A stretch of 64,000 bases of DNA, from contig JBBRBM010000002.1 in assembly GCA_038205745.1 (NCBI GenBank), positions 2,761 through 66,760 on the forward strand, given 5' to 3'. This stretch comes from Verrucomicrobiota bacterium. Its GTDB lineage: Bacteria > Verrucomicrobiota > Verrucomicrobiia > Limisphaerales > SIBH01. Of this stretch, positions 24,311 to 33,796 are shown one piece after another; the first letter of the stretch is position 1; every line of letters starts with the position of its first letter. The notes beneath the pieces were generated by a model. It was not told the origin of the DNA and did no database searches. It saw nothing but the letters and a program-made list of their open reading frames with translations. The position numbers and the translations under genes are program-made.

Positions 24311-25444
24311 ATGGCGTTTACGCCGCTTCAACATTCGCATTTGCAAAGAACCCAAGCCCATCCCAACACGCTAAAGGGCAGAACGGTGAAGCGGCGTGAA
24401 CGCCGCGCTCCGCTGGCCACGCTCCTTTTGCTTGGCGGTGCTGTTCTTTTCTTCGGCTGCGCCGCACCACGGCCTGGCACCATCGCGCGTCGCGCGGGAG
24501 ACGAGATCGTCGTCGCGGGCCAGTTTGTTCACACTGGTACACCGGTTGTGTTGTGGACCGACACAGGCGGCTACGACGCGTATCGCGTCGAACGGCGGTT
24601 CGCGCCGGTCGATCAGTCGTCTTGGGAAACTTCGCGCGTGGCCGTCGCGGAACTGAAGACGCCGAATCGCTATGGTCTGCGCAAGGCGGGTGTTCTGACG
24701 GAGGAGGAAATCGAGCGCGTGCGCGGGGGCGGTTGGGATTTGCCGTTGTTGCAACAGGTCGTCGATCAATTTGTCATTCACTTCGACGCTTCGGGAACGA
24801 GCCGGAATTGTTTCAAGACATTGCACGACGTGCGCGACTTGAGCGTCCACTTCATGCTCGATCTCGACGGCACGATTTATCAGACCCTCGATGCAAAAGA
24901 GCGCGCGTGGCACGCCACGTCGTCGAACACGCGCTCGGTCGGAATCGAGATCGCCAGTCCCGGCGCATTCGGCACCAACGGCTCCAAGTCATTGAGCGAA
25001 TGGTATGCGCGTGACAGTGACGGCAAGACACGCATCACGATCCCGCCGCGTTTCGGCGATGGTGGATTTCGGACGAAGAATTTTGTCGGACGACCGGCAC
25101 GAACTGATCTCGTGGAGGGAAACATTCAGGGGCAACAGTTGGCTCAATACGATTTCACGCCGGAGCAGTATCACGCGTTGACCCATCTCACCGCCGCCTT
25201 GTGCAAGGTGCTGCCGAACATTCGATGTGATTATCCGCGAGACGCTTCGGGCCAGCTTGTGCGCCGGAAACTTGCGGACGAAGAGCTGAAAAATTACCGC
25301 GGCGTGCTCGGGCACTATCATATCCAACTCAACAAGGTCGATCCCGGCCCAGCGTTCCAGTGGGATCGCGTGATCAACGGCGCGCGCGCTTTGCTCCGTG
25401 AACCGCAGCCCAAAGGCGGCGCGGAAGAATTGATGACGCGGTGA
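24311..25444 (+). CDS. N-acetylmuramoyl-L-alanine amidase (Amidase_2/PGRP-type), probable lipoprotein
   Basis: Start at ATG 24311, or GTG 24386 just before the lipobox LLLLGGAVLFFGC. Amidase_2-like VIHFDASG...WHATSSNTRSVGIEIASPG...VLGHYHI...KVDPGPAFQW. Confidence 0.75.
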   Translation: MAFTPLQHSHLQRTQAHPNTLKGRTVKRRERRAPLATLLLLGGAVLFFGCAAPRPGTIARRAGDEIVVAGQFVHTGTPVVLWTDTGGYDAYRVERRFAPVDQSSWETSRVAVAELKTPNRYGLRKAGVLTEEEIERVRGGGWDLPLLQQVVDQFVIHFDASGTSRNCFKTLHDVRDLSVHFMLDLDGTIYQTLDAKERAWHATSSNTRSVGIEIASPGAFGTNGSKSLSEWYARDSDGKTRITIPPRFGDGGFRTKNFVGRPARTDLVEGNIQGQQLAQYDFTPEQYHALTHLTAALCKVLPNIRCDYPRDASGQLVRRKLADEELKNYRGVLGHYHIQLNKVDPGPAFQWDRVINGARALLREPQPKGGAEELMTR

Positions 25445-26037
25445 AACACTTCAAAGCCATCGCCGCCATGTCGGAGAACCGCGTGATCGGATGCGGAAAC
25501 AAAATCCCGTGGCACATCCCGGAAGACTTTAAGTGGTTCAAGCAAGTGACGACGGGACACATCGTCGTCATGGGACGAAAGACTTTTGAAAGCCTCGGCA
25601 AGCCATTGCCCAATCGGAAGAACCTGATCCTCACGCGTCATCCACGGCAACTGATCCGGCAGTTCCCTGAAGTGTTCGGCTGTTACAAGGAATGGCGCGG
25701 CGGCAAACATTTGAAACAAGCGTATCAGTTGCGCCTGACGAAGATCGGCGGCTCGAAGGAAGACGACATCTTCATCTTCAATTCGCTGCACAAGCTCGAT
25801 CCGGAAGGTTTCCCGAACGACATTTTCATCTGCGGCGGCGCGCAGATTTATGAGCAGACGCTTCCGTTGTGTTCGGACCTTTATCTCACCGTCGTAAAGC
25901 GCACCGTCGAAGGCGACACGTTCTTCCCGCCGTTCGAAAATCTTTTCAGGCGCGTCACGATCATTCGGGAAACGCCGGAGTTTCGCATCGAGCATTGGCG
26001 CGCCGCGAAATTGATCGAGGCCGAAACTACGGCTTGA
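25441..26037 (+). CDS. folA: Dihydrofolate reductase (with an internal extension)
   Basis: The GTG start overlaps the amidase stop (GTGA). Motifs: AIAAMSENRVIG..NKIPWH.PEDFKWFK..T.GH.VVMGRKTFESLGKPLPNRKN.ILTR and ICGGAQIY. Confidence 0.88.
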   Translation: MKHFKAIAAMSENRVIGCGNKIPWHIPEDFKWFKQVTTGHIVVMGRKTFESLGKPLPNRKNLILTRHPRQLIRQFPEVFGCYKEWRGGKHLKQAYQLRLTKIGGSKEDDIFIFNSLHKLDPEGFPNDIFICGGAQIYEQTLPLCSDLYLTVVKRTVEGDTFFPPFENLFRRVTIIRETPEFRIEHWRAAKLIEAETTA

Positions 26038-27733
26038 TCAGGCGGAACATTCGGTTGGTCGCCACGGCGGGTAATTGTACCTCGTTGTTTCCCCCGTTGA
26101 GCAATGGCGTGTTCGTCACGTTTGTCCACGGGCCAAGCACCGAGATTCCACCTTGCAGATGATAGTTCGTCGCCGCGACGGGCCATGAGAGCAGGACGTT
26201 GGTGCCGGACCGGTGAACGTCCAGCCGAGGCAATGATTCGATGACGAAGTTCACGCCCGTCACGTCGCTATTGATGATCGTGGCCGTGCGGTTCGTGGGC
26301 GTGAAGGCGTAACCAAACTTCCTTGGTGTGAGGGTGTACGTTCCCGCAAACAAGTTGGTGACACTCCAGGAACTGAGCGCGTCGGTCTGATAAGTCACTT
26401 GGCCTGGAAGGCTGGCTCCTTCGACATCCACCAGCATGTTCGTCAGAAAGGCTCCGGCGCCGGCGCCATCCTGAATGACGCCGCCGATGCTGTAGCTTCG
26501 CGCGGTGGTCGCATTTGCGGAAGTCTGGTCGTCTTCGCTGCCGACAAGATTGTTCGGCGTGGAATCCGGATCGGAAAGCGCCGACGAAAATATTTCCGCC
26601 GTGACGGTGAAGGTTCCAAAGTTCGTTGGGCGCAGGAAGAGTTGGAGATCGTAGGCCGCACCCGGCGCGATGGCACCCACGTTCCAACGACGCGTGCTGG
26701 AATCGAATCCGCTGATGATCGGTGCCGCGGTCGCGTTCACAAATTGAAATCCAAACCACGAGAACACTTGCACGAAAACGTTCGATGTCGTGTTCGGCCC
26801 GCGGTTGGTGATCAAGACGATGAATGCGGCGGTGTCACTGAGCGTGAGCTGATTCTGCGGCCCCTTCATCGAGAGTTCGAGATCGGCCGAAAGTCCGGCG
26901 ACCCACGTCACGATCGCGCGATTGGTGTTGTTGTTCCGGTTCGGATCATTGTTGGACTGGCTCGCGATGTAAGCGGTGTTCGTGACGTTGCCTGCCGCAG
27001 TGCGAAAACCCGTAATCAACAACACCGTGCTGCTGTTGCTTGCGAGCGTCGGGATGGTCCAGATGCTGTTGTTCGTGGTGTAAGTTGTGCCGGACCCTGC
27101 GCTGATATTCGTGATCGTGAGCCCCGGCGGCAAAACCTCCTGGATCCGCACTGAAAACGCTTTGCCGGGTCCGGCATTCGTCGCGGTGATCGTGAACGTG
27201 ACCGGCTGATTGATTTGCGCGAACGCCGCGCTGGCGCTTTTCAGCACAGCGACATCCGCGGGCAAGACCACAATGAGGTTCGTCGCTGTGGCGGAGTTGT
27301 TGTTCGTGTTCGGATCAGTCGAAGTCGTGAAGACCTGCGCTGTGTTCGTGATGCCGCCGGTGAACGGCGCGCGCGCGTTGATATTCACAATGCGGAATTG
27401 CCCGGGAAGCATCGTTCCGAAATCGCATTCCACCGCGCTCGACTGGGGATTAAAGACGCACGAGCCGGAATTGGCGGGCGACACCTGGATGCTGTCCGGG
27501 AACATGCCGATCGGAAAGGGATCGCTCACGGTGACATTGTTCGCCACGGCGGGGCCGATGTTGCTGATCACGAGCGTGTAATGAATCAGGCTGTCGAGTT
27601 CCACCGTTGCGGGCGAACTCTGTTTGTTGATCACGAGGTCGGAGTCGTCGACCGCGGCCACTGCGGCGAAGACAAGAGGCCAACATGCACCGACACCGAC
27701 CAGGAAACTGCGGACAAACTTCCACCGATTCAT
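26027..27733 (-). CDS. Secreted DUF11 (conserved repeat domain) surface protein with a C-terminal W...MFRL module
   Basis: Start trimmed to MNRWKFVRSFLVGVGACWPLVFAAVAA. Repeated units of the type L.Y.L...N.GP..A.NV.V.D..P.G. The 3' end overlaps folA by 11 bp (convergent). Confidence 0.75.
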   Translation of the reverse strand: MNRWKFVRSFLVGVGACWPLVFAAVAAVDDSDLVINKQSSPATVELDSLIHYTLVISNIGPAVANNVTVSDPFPIGMFPDSIQVSPANSGSCVFNPQSSAVECDFGTMLPGQFRIVNINARAPFTGGITNTAQVFTTSTDPNTNNNSATATNLIVVLPADVAVLKSASAAFAQINQPVTFTITATNAGPGKAFSVRIQEVLPPGLTITNISAGSGTTYTTNNSIWTIPTLASNSSTVLLITGFRTAAGNVTNTAYIASQSNNDPNRNNNTNRAIVTWVAGLSADLELSMKGPQNQLTLSDTAAFIVLITNRGPNTTSNVFVQVFSWFGFQFVNATAAPIISGFDSSTRRWNVGAIAPGAAYDLQLFLRPTNFGTFTVTAEIFSSALSDPDSTPNNLVGSEDDQTSANATTARSYSIGGVIQDGAGAGAFLTNMLVDVEGASLPGQVTYQTDALSSWSVTNLFAGTYTLTPRKFGYAFTPTNRTATIINSDVTGVNFVIESLPRLDVHRSGTNVLLSWPVAATNYHLQGGISVLGPWTNVTNTPLLNGGNNEVQLPAVATNRMFRLIKP

Positions 27734-27903
27734 CAAAGACTCCGGTTTGCGCGTTCTCGCGACACGAGGGGCGCGAGTCCGGCTGGTTGTTTCGGGAACG
27801 ACTGTTGATAGCAAATTGCGCGACGCATTCAAATGTTACTCGGGATAATCGCTCACCTCCTTTCCAACCCACACGCGCTCAGTTACACTCCGCACCATTG
27901 CCG

Positions 27904-28368
27904 ATGAAACGCTTGTGCGTCCTCTTCGCCCTGCTTTGCTGTTGCGCTGTACAAGCGCAGACGGAAGGCATTTGGTTTCTTCACTTCCGCATGACGAGCA
28001 ACCATGTCGTGCTGGTCAGCCAGAAGAAAACCCCGGGCACCCTCAAACGGTCCCGCGTGGCAGAGGCTCCGCGCGCGCTCGAACTGGAATTGGAATCGGC
28101 GAATGGCGCCAAACTTTGGACGCAGTCGCTGGATGATCCGGCGGTCCGCCGCCTCGAGTACGAAGACCCGGCGGAGCCCGGCAGGTTGCGCGTGCGTGAA
28201 GTAACGCTCACGAATGTGGAGTTCACCGTGCGCGTGCCGTTTCAACCGAATGCGCGCATGGCGGTGCTGTCGCGGCACACTCGCACGGCTCCAAAGAATC
28301 TCGCGGCTGCCGAGGCGGTGCGCACGGAGATCGGACGCGTTGCGCTGAAGCCGGAGGAGAATCCGTGA
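27904..28368 (+). CDS. Hypothetical secreted protein (154 aa)
   Basis: Start trimmed to MKRLCVLFALLCCCAVQAQ (signal peptide). Its stop overlaps the GTG start of the next gene (GTGA), suggesting an operon. Confidence 0.5.
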   Translation: MKRLCVLFALLCCCAVQAQTEGIWFLHFRMTSNHVVLVSQKKTPGTLKRSRVAEAPRALELELESANGAKLWTQSLDDPAVRRLEYEDPAEPGRLRVREVTLTNVEFTVRVPFQPNARMAVLSRHTRTAPKNLAAAEAVRTEIGRVALKPEENP

Positions 28369-31022
28369 TTCGGCGCGGTGCGTGGGGATTGATCGCAGCG
28401 GCTGTTGGACTTGCGTGGTTTTCCGCCGCGCGCGCCCAGACCCTTCAAACGCTGGTGAGCAATGGGCCGACGAGCCAGCGGATCAACCTCACGTTTTTCT
28501 CGGAAGGCTACACTGCTGCGGAGTTGCCTGCGTTCGTCACGAATGTCAGCTCGGTGCTCGTTTCATTTTTCAGCACACCGCCTTACAACGTTTACGCCAA
28601 CTGCTTCAATATCAATGCTGTTTCGGTCGCGTCCGCTCAGTCGGGCGCCGATCACTACACGCCGGGCGTTCGACTGGTGGACACTTACTTCAACAGCTCC
28701 TTCGACAGCTACGGCGCGAACCGGGTTTTGACCATCCCACCGAACGATCGCGACGCCTCTTACGCCAACGGCCAGGGCAAAGTGGACGCGCTCGTCGCCA
28801 GTTTGATTCCGGAGAGCGATCTGGAAGTGGTGCTGGTGAACGACCTGCAATACGGCGGCACCGGCGGCGCACGTCTCGTTGTGTCACTGGCTGGAGAGGC
28901 CCCCGAGATCGCGCTGCACGAGATGGGACACACACTGGCGAAACTCGGAGACGAATACTCAGATCCTTTCCCGTATGGAAATCAGGAGGAGCCCAACACG
29001 ACGACGCAGACCGAGCGTTCGCTGATCAAATGGAACTCGTGGATTCTGCCGGGCACGCCGGTGCCGACTCCGGCTGTTGCTTCCAATTTTACGGCGGTCG
29101 GATTGTTTGAAGGCGCGCACTACCACGCGACGGGCTGGTACCGGCCGCAGCACAACTGCAAGATGCGCACGCTCGGCGCTCCTTTCTGCGCCGTGTGTCG
29201 CGAGACGGTGGTGCTCGCGATTTACCGGCTCGTGCGGCCCATCGATGGTTTCTCACCAATTGCGAATCTTGTGAGCCTGACGAATACGCAAACCTTTCGC
29301 GTGACGCCGCTGAAGCTGGGGAGCGGCGGTTTCACGTATCAGTGGTTCACGAACAACGTTGCCGTGACCGGCGCGAACAAAACCAATTTGCTCCTGACAC
29401 CCCAGATGCTTGGACCTGGCACGCACTCGGTGCGCGTGGAAGTTCACGATCCCACTTCCTTCGTGCGCAATGATCCGAGCCGGTTGCTCTACGACACGAA
29501 TTCGTGGGCCGTGAGCGTGACGGCGGTGCTCGCCCTCACGGCGCAACCACAGAACCAAAGTGTGGTGGCGGGAACGCCTGCCGCGTTCAGCGTCGCGGCG
29601 ACAGGTGCGCCGCCGATCACTTACCAGTGGCGCTTCAACAGCAGCGCATTGGGTGGCCAAACGAATTCAACGCTGACCATCGCGAGCGCTGCGGCCGAAC
29701 ACGGCGGTAACTACGACGTGATCGTGGCAAACGAGTTCGCCGCACTGACCAGCACGGTGGCGACGCTGAACATTCAAACTCCCACCGCGCCATCGATCTT
29801 GAGTTCCCCGGCCGATCAAACGATTCATGCCGGCGCGAGTGCCACTTTTTGGTTGATCGCCAACGGCACAGCGCCGTTGACTTATTTCTGGTCGAAGGAC
29901 TCCGTGATTGTCGCGACGAACTTGAGTCCTTCATTCACAGTCGCAGAGGCGCAGCTTTCCGATGCTGGCGATTACTCGGTCCTCGTGAGCAACGTTGCGG
30001 GAATCGCCGCCAGCGGATCTGCGGCTCTGACCGTGCTGCCTGCCGAGCCAGTGTCAGTCGGCGCTTACAACGGGCTGTTTTTCAATTCGAATGATGTGCA
30101 GCAGGCTTCGTCGGGATTTTTCAGCGCAATAGTACGGACTGCCGGGGAATTCTCGGCGCGTGTTCGGATCGGAACGGGCAAGCAAAGCTTCAAAGGGCGT
30201 TTCGGAACGGATGGCCGCGCCACCAACACGGTCATGATCCGTGGCGCGACGCTGGAGGTCCGATTGAGTTCGGATGCGCAAGCGACGAACGCGATCCGTG
30301 GCGTGGTGACGGATGGCGTGTGGACTTCCGAATTGCTGGCGCAACGCGTGTCTCCACAAGTCGGGCTGGCTGGACAATACACGTTGCTGTTCAGCGGGGT
30401 TGCTGATGGAAGCGTGGCCCCGGTGGGAAATGGTTTTGCCTCGGTGCGCGTGAACAACTCGGGCGTCGCGGCGATCACCGGGCGGATGGCGGATGGAACG
30501 CGACTGTCCTTGCGCACGACGCTGGTTGGCTCCGGTGAGCTGCCGGTTTATGCGCCGCTCTATTCCGGCAAAGGCGCTGTGTTTGGCTGGCTGCGGCTGA
30601 AACAGGAGAGCTACATCGACCTCGACGGAACCGCGTATTGGCTGCGTCCGCCGATCGCGTCGTCGAAGTACTATAAAGAGGGATTCGCGATCGAGACACC
30701 CGTCAGCGGGTCGGCATACACACGGTCGAGCGGCACGTTGTTCACCAACATTGTGCTCGCGCGCGTCGTTCTCACGGACGGCAATCTCGAAGCGCCGCTT
30801 ACGAATTATGTGACGCTCGGCGTGAACAGCCGTGTGACTGCCTCCGGACCCGATAAACTTCAACTCAAGGTCACGCCAGCGACCGGCCTCTTCAAAGGCA
30901 CCATCACGCCGGCAGGCGAAAGGCCGGTCAAAGTTCAGGGTGCCATTTTGCAGCGCCAACGGTTCGGCGGAGGATTTTTCCTCGGCACGAATGAGTCCGG
31001 ACGTGTTTACTTTGGGCCGTAA
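28365..31022 (+). CDS. Secreted peptidase M64 (IgA-peptidase-like) zinc metalloprotease with Ig I-set-like repeats
   Basis: Signal peptide. M64-like QRINLTFFSEGYT...LVNDLQYGGTGG...EIALHEMGHTLAKLGDEY (HExxH), followed by three Ig-like repeats (A.F.V.A.G..P.TYQW...). Confidence 0.78.
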   Translation: MIRRGAWGLIAAAVGLAWFSAARAQTLQTLVSNGPTSQRINLTFFSEGYTAAELPAFVTNVSSVLVSFFSTPPYNVYANCFNINAVSVASAQSGADHYTPGVRLVDTYFNSSFDSYGANRVLTIPPNDRDASYANGQGKVDALVASLIPESDLEVVLVNDLQYGGTGGARLVVSLAGEAPEIALHEMGHTLAKLGDEYSDPFPYGNQEEPNTTTQTERSLIKWNSWILPGTPVPTPAVASNFTAVGLFEGAHYHATGWYRPQHNCKMRTLGAPFCAVCRETVVLAIYRLVRPIDGFSPIANLVSLTNTQTFRVTPLKLGSGGFTYQWFTNNVAVTGANKTNLLLTPQMLGPGTHSVRVEVHDPTSFVRNDPSRLLYDTNSWAVSVTAVLALTAQPQNQSVVAGTPAAFSVAATGAPPITYQWRFNSSALGGQTNSTLTIASAAAEHGGNYDVIVANEFAALTSTVATLNIQTPTAPSILSSPADQTIHAGASATFWLIANGTAPLTYFWSKDSVIVATNLSPSFTVAEAQLSDAGDYSVLVSNVAGIAASGSAALTVLPAEPVSVGAYNGLFFNSNDVQQASSGFFSAIVRTAGEFSARVRIGTGKQSFKGRFGTDGRATNTVMIRGATLEVRLSSDAQATNAIRGVVTDGVWTSELLAQRVSPQVGLAGQYTLLFSGVADGSVAPVGNGFASVRVNNSGVAAITGRMADGTRLSLRTTLVGSGELPVYAPLYSGKGAVFGWLRLKQESYIDLDGTAYWLRPPIASSKYYKEGFAIETPVSGSAYTRSSGTLFTNIVLARVVLTDGNLEAPLTNYVTLGVNSRVTASGPDKLQLKVTPATGLFKGTITPAGERPVKVQGAILQRQRFGGGFFLGTNESGRVYFGP

Positions 31023-31030
31023 CTCAATGG

Positions 31031-31588
31031 GTGATTCAGCACGGGATGAATGATTTAAATTTAGGGAATGAACTGGCGTGGTTTTGTTTGCAGTCGCAGC
31101 CCAAGCACGAGCACATCGCGGCGGCTCGTTTGAGGCAGGCGGGTGTGGAGATTTTTCTGCCGCGGATCCGCTTCAAACGGAAGACGGTGCGCGGACCTGC
31201 GTGGGTCACGGAGGTTTTGTTTCCTGCCTACGTGTTCGCGCGTTTCGACTGGCACGAGTCATTGCAGATGGTGCGGCACTCTGCGGGCGTGAGCCGTGTG
31301 GTGAGCTTCGGCGGCAAGGCGCCGACAATTCCCGACGACGTCATTGCAGCGTTGCGCGAGCAGGTTGGCGACAAGGAGTTGCATGTCATTCCGGACGCGG
31401 TGCAACCGGGCGAGGAGGTGGAGATCGCAGGCGGCGCATTCCACGGATTGCGGGCGGTGGTGCAGCAGGTGTTCCCCGCGAAACAGCGCATCAAGGTGTT
31501 GCTGGAATTTCTCGGGCGCCAGACCATCGTTGAACTGAGCTCTGAGGCGGTAGTATCTGAACAATCGGCCCGCAGCCGGCTGGTCTGA
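31031..31588 (+). CDS. NusG-family specialised transcription antiterminator paralog (RfaH/UpxY-like)
   Basis: NGN-like WFCLQSQPKHEHIAAARL...IFLPRI......V.EVLFPAYVFARF plus a C-terminal KOW-like GEEVEIAGGAFHGLRAVV. The start is GTG 31031 or ATG 31046. Confidence 0.78.
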   Translation: MIQHGMNDLNLGNELAWFCLQSQPKHEHIAAARLRQAGVEIFLPRIRFKRKTVRGPAWVTEVLFPAYVFARFDWHESLQMVRHSAGVSRVVSFGGKAPTIPDDVIAALREQVGDKELHVIPDAVQPGEEVEIAGGAFHGLRAVVQQVFPAKQRIKVLLEFLGRQTIVELSSEAVVSEQSARSRLV

Positions 31589-33118
31589 TCAGACGCCCAG
31601 ATTATTCGCTGGCTCGTTTTCCTGGCGCACTTCCGCAGCCGCCTCGCGGTTGTCGAATGCGAAGGGAACCTGGCGAAACTCAGACCACTGACGCGACGCT
31701 TGCAGCCACGCCTCGGCCACAAGTTCCGAGAGTAGATGGAACTTGTTGTCGTTCATTGCGTTTGCAGAAGCGCGCAGCGTGAGATGGACACTCCTTCCTT
31801 CAATGTGGATTTCATGGCGAGCTTCGAGTAATTCGCCTTCCACTGCGTTCGGTGCGAACCAGCGACGCAATCCATCGGTGCCAGTGAGCCGCAACTCAGA
31901 GAAGCCCAGCTTGCGGGCCATGTGTTGCAACTCAACGAAGAGTTCCTCAACGGAACCGCAGCGCTCCGCCTCGCGTTCAAGGCAGGTGCGCAGCAACAGC
32001 GCATATTGAACTTCCCTGCGCATGTCGATCGAGTTGCCAAGTGATTTTCCAATCGTCAGCCAATTCCGAATGATGCCGAGGCTCGGCGTGATCAGCAGCA
32101 TGAGTAGGAAGGCACACCCAAAGAGGATTGGCGTCAGACGGCCCTCTGACCAGAACGCTACCAGCGCGATTGCCGAAAGACCCATGGAGATCGCGTAGAG
32201 CGTCAGCACCGCGCGCCGCCGGGAAAAGCCGGCTTGCAACAGGCGGTGATGAATGTGCCGACGGTCAGGTCGAAAGATCGGCAAACCTTTTACAGCCCGG
32301 CGACAGATGGAAATCGACACATCCAGGATCGGCAGGCCCAGCGCAATGACAGGTGCTATCAGCGCGGCGGCAATGGTGCCCTTGTTCGAGTTCTGCAACG
32401 CCATGGCACCGATCAGGAAGCCGAGCATGTACGCGCCGCCGTCCCCGAGGTAAATCTTGGCCGGCGGAAAGTTGTAGCGCAGAAATCCGAGCAACGCTCC
32501 GGCCATCGCCATCGCAATCCCGCATAAGAACGGGTGCGCCGCGCCGCCGACATACGCGAGCAGGCACATCAGCATGAGGGAAATGCCACCCGCCAGCCCG
32601 TCAATGCCGTCGATGAGATTGATCAGGTTCGTCATCGCCACCAGCCAAAGCACGGTCACGCCTGCCGCGAGCAAGAGATCAAACTGATAGACATGGCCCG
32701 AAAATGGATTCTTAAACGATTCGATCTTCAGCCCTGCTGCGAACGCGATCAGCGCGATCAAGATCTGGCCCAACAGTTTCTTCTTTGCACCCAGCGCGGA
32801 AATGTCGTCCCACAATCCGAGTCCGAACATCAGGAGTGTCGTGATGCCGATCACCATGCGGGCTCCCATCGGCGTCGGACCTTCCGGAAACCAAATAATC
32901 GAGATCACAAACGCGACGAGGAAAACGATGGCCAACGGAATTCCGCCCAGCCGCGGCACCGGTGTCTTGTGCGTTTGGTGCATTTCCCGGCGATGGCTCA
33001 CACGCGGTGCGAGCTTCAGCAGAATCAAGGGAATGATCGCCAGCGTGAGGCAAATGCCGATGACCGCGAACACCAGTGAACTCACCAGCGGAATGAATTG
33101 TTGTATCTGCGGCAACAT
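31589..33118 (-). CDS. Glycosyltransferase family 4 polyprenyl-phosphate HexNAc-1-phosphate transferase (WecA/MraY family) with a C-terminal cytoplasmic extension
   Basis: Motifs PRLGGIPL, LGLWDDISALGAKKKL, NLINLIDGIDGLAGG and NFPPAKIYLGDGGAYMLGF, with multiple TM segments. An extra ~150 aa at the C-terminus has unknown function. Confidence 0.82.
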   Translation of the reverse strand: MLPQIQQFIPLVSSLVFAVIGICLTLAIIPLILLKLAPRVSHRREMHQTHKTPVPRLGGIPLAIVFLVAFVISIIWFPEGPTPMGARMVIGITTLLMFGLGLWDDISALGAKKKLLGQILIALIAFAAGLKIESFKNPFSGHVYQFDLLLAAGVTVLWLVAMTNLINLIDGIDGLAGGISLMLMCLLAYVGGAAHPFLCGIAMAMAGALLGFLRYNFPPAKIYLGDGGAYMLGFLIGAMALQNSNKGTIAAALIAPVIALGLPILDVSISICRRAVKGLPIFRPDRRHIHHRLLQAGFSRRRAVLTLYAISMGLSAIALVAFWSEGRLTPILFGCAFLLMLLITPSLGIIRNWLTIGKSLGNSIDMRREVQYALLLRTCLEREAERCGSVEELFVELQHMARKLGFSELRLTGTDGLRRWFAPNAVEGELLEARHEIHIEGRSVHLTLRASANAMNDNKFHLLSELVAEAWLQASRQWSEFRQVPFAFDNREAAAEVRQENEPANNLGV

Positions 33119-33427
33119 GCGTTCTGGAACTCAGATTTCGAGCGGTAGCCATTCAATGCTCATCGATTGTATAGTCAACCTTAAAACGGCAGTAGAGGGC
33201 GTGTTGGGCCGGCACGACGGCTTTTTGGCGCGGCGTTGAGTTCGAGTGGGACGGTTGGTTCTGCGCTCGGGCTAACCTTCACCCGCTCGGACCCGGCAAC
33301 GCCGCCTGGGGCCGCCGCCACGGTTCCAAAATCCTCGCCCAGATCCGCTCCCAGCGTTGTTCGGGTTTCAACTGCCATGCACCGTCGCGGCCTTGCGTTC
33401 GCTGTCGGTGCAGGCAGAATTGGCGCG

Positions 33428-33796
33428 ATGAAAACAGTGGCGGTCATTGGAGCTTCAAGCAATCGGGAGAAGTGGGGCAACAAGGCGGTGCGCGCTTTTC
33501 GTCAGCAGAATTACACCGTCTGGCCGGTGAATCCAAACGAGCTGGAGGTGGAAGGGCTGAAGACTTACGCCACCATCAAAGATGTTCCCGAGCGTCCGGA
33601 AAAAATAACGGTCTATGTCCCGCCCCAACGGCTCATCAAATTACTGCCCGACATCGCAGCGCGCGGATGCAATGAGCTGTACCTGAATCCCGGCACTGAA
33701 TCCGACGCAGTGCTGGCCGAGTGCGAACGCCTGGGGCTGAACGCGATTCAGGCCTGCAGCATCATCGCGGTGGGCGTTTCACCGGGTTGCCTTTAG
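33428..33796 (+). CDS. CoA-binding domain protein (YccU/YneT-like)
   Basis: Start trimmed to MKTVAVIGASSNREKWGNKAVRAF. The layout is typical of small CoA-binding proteins. Confidence 0.78.
   Translation: MKTVAVIGASSNREKWGNKAVRAFRQQNYTVWPVNPNELEVEGLKTYATIKDVPERPEKITVYVPPQRLIKLLPDIAARGCNELYLNPGTESDAVLAECERLGLNAIQACSIIAVGVSPGCL

Noticed and set aside
33119-33427. A 310-bp gap between the WecA-family gene and the CoA-binding gene, checked for tRNA/sRNA genes (a 100-aa minus-strand ORF lies at 33181-33483)
   Set aside because: No cloverleaf-compatible sequence or terminator was seen. The ORF is Ala/Pro/Arg-rich with no motifs and overlaps the likely promoter and start of the CoA-binding gene.
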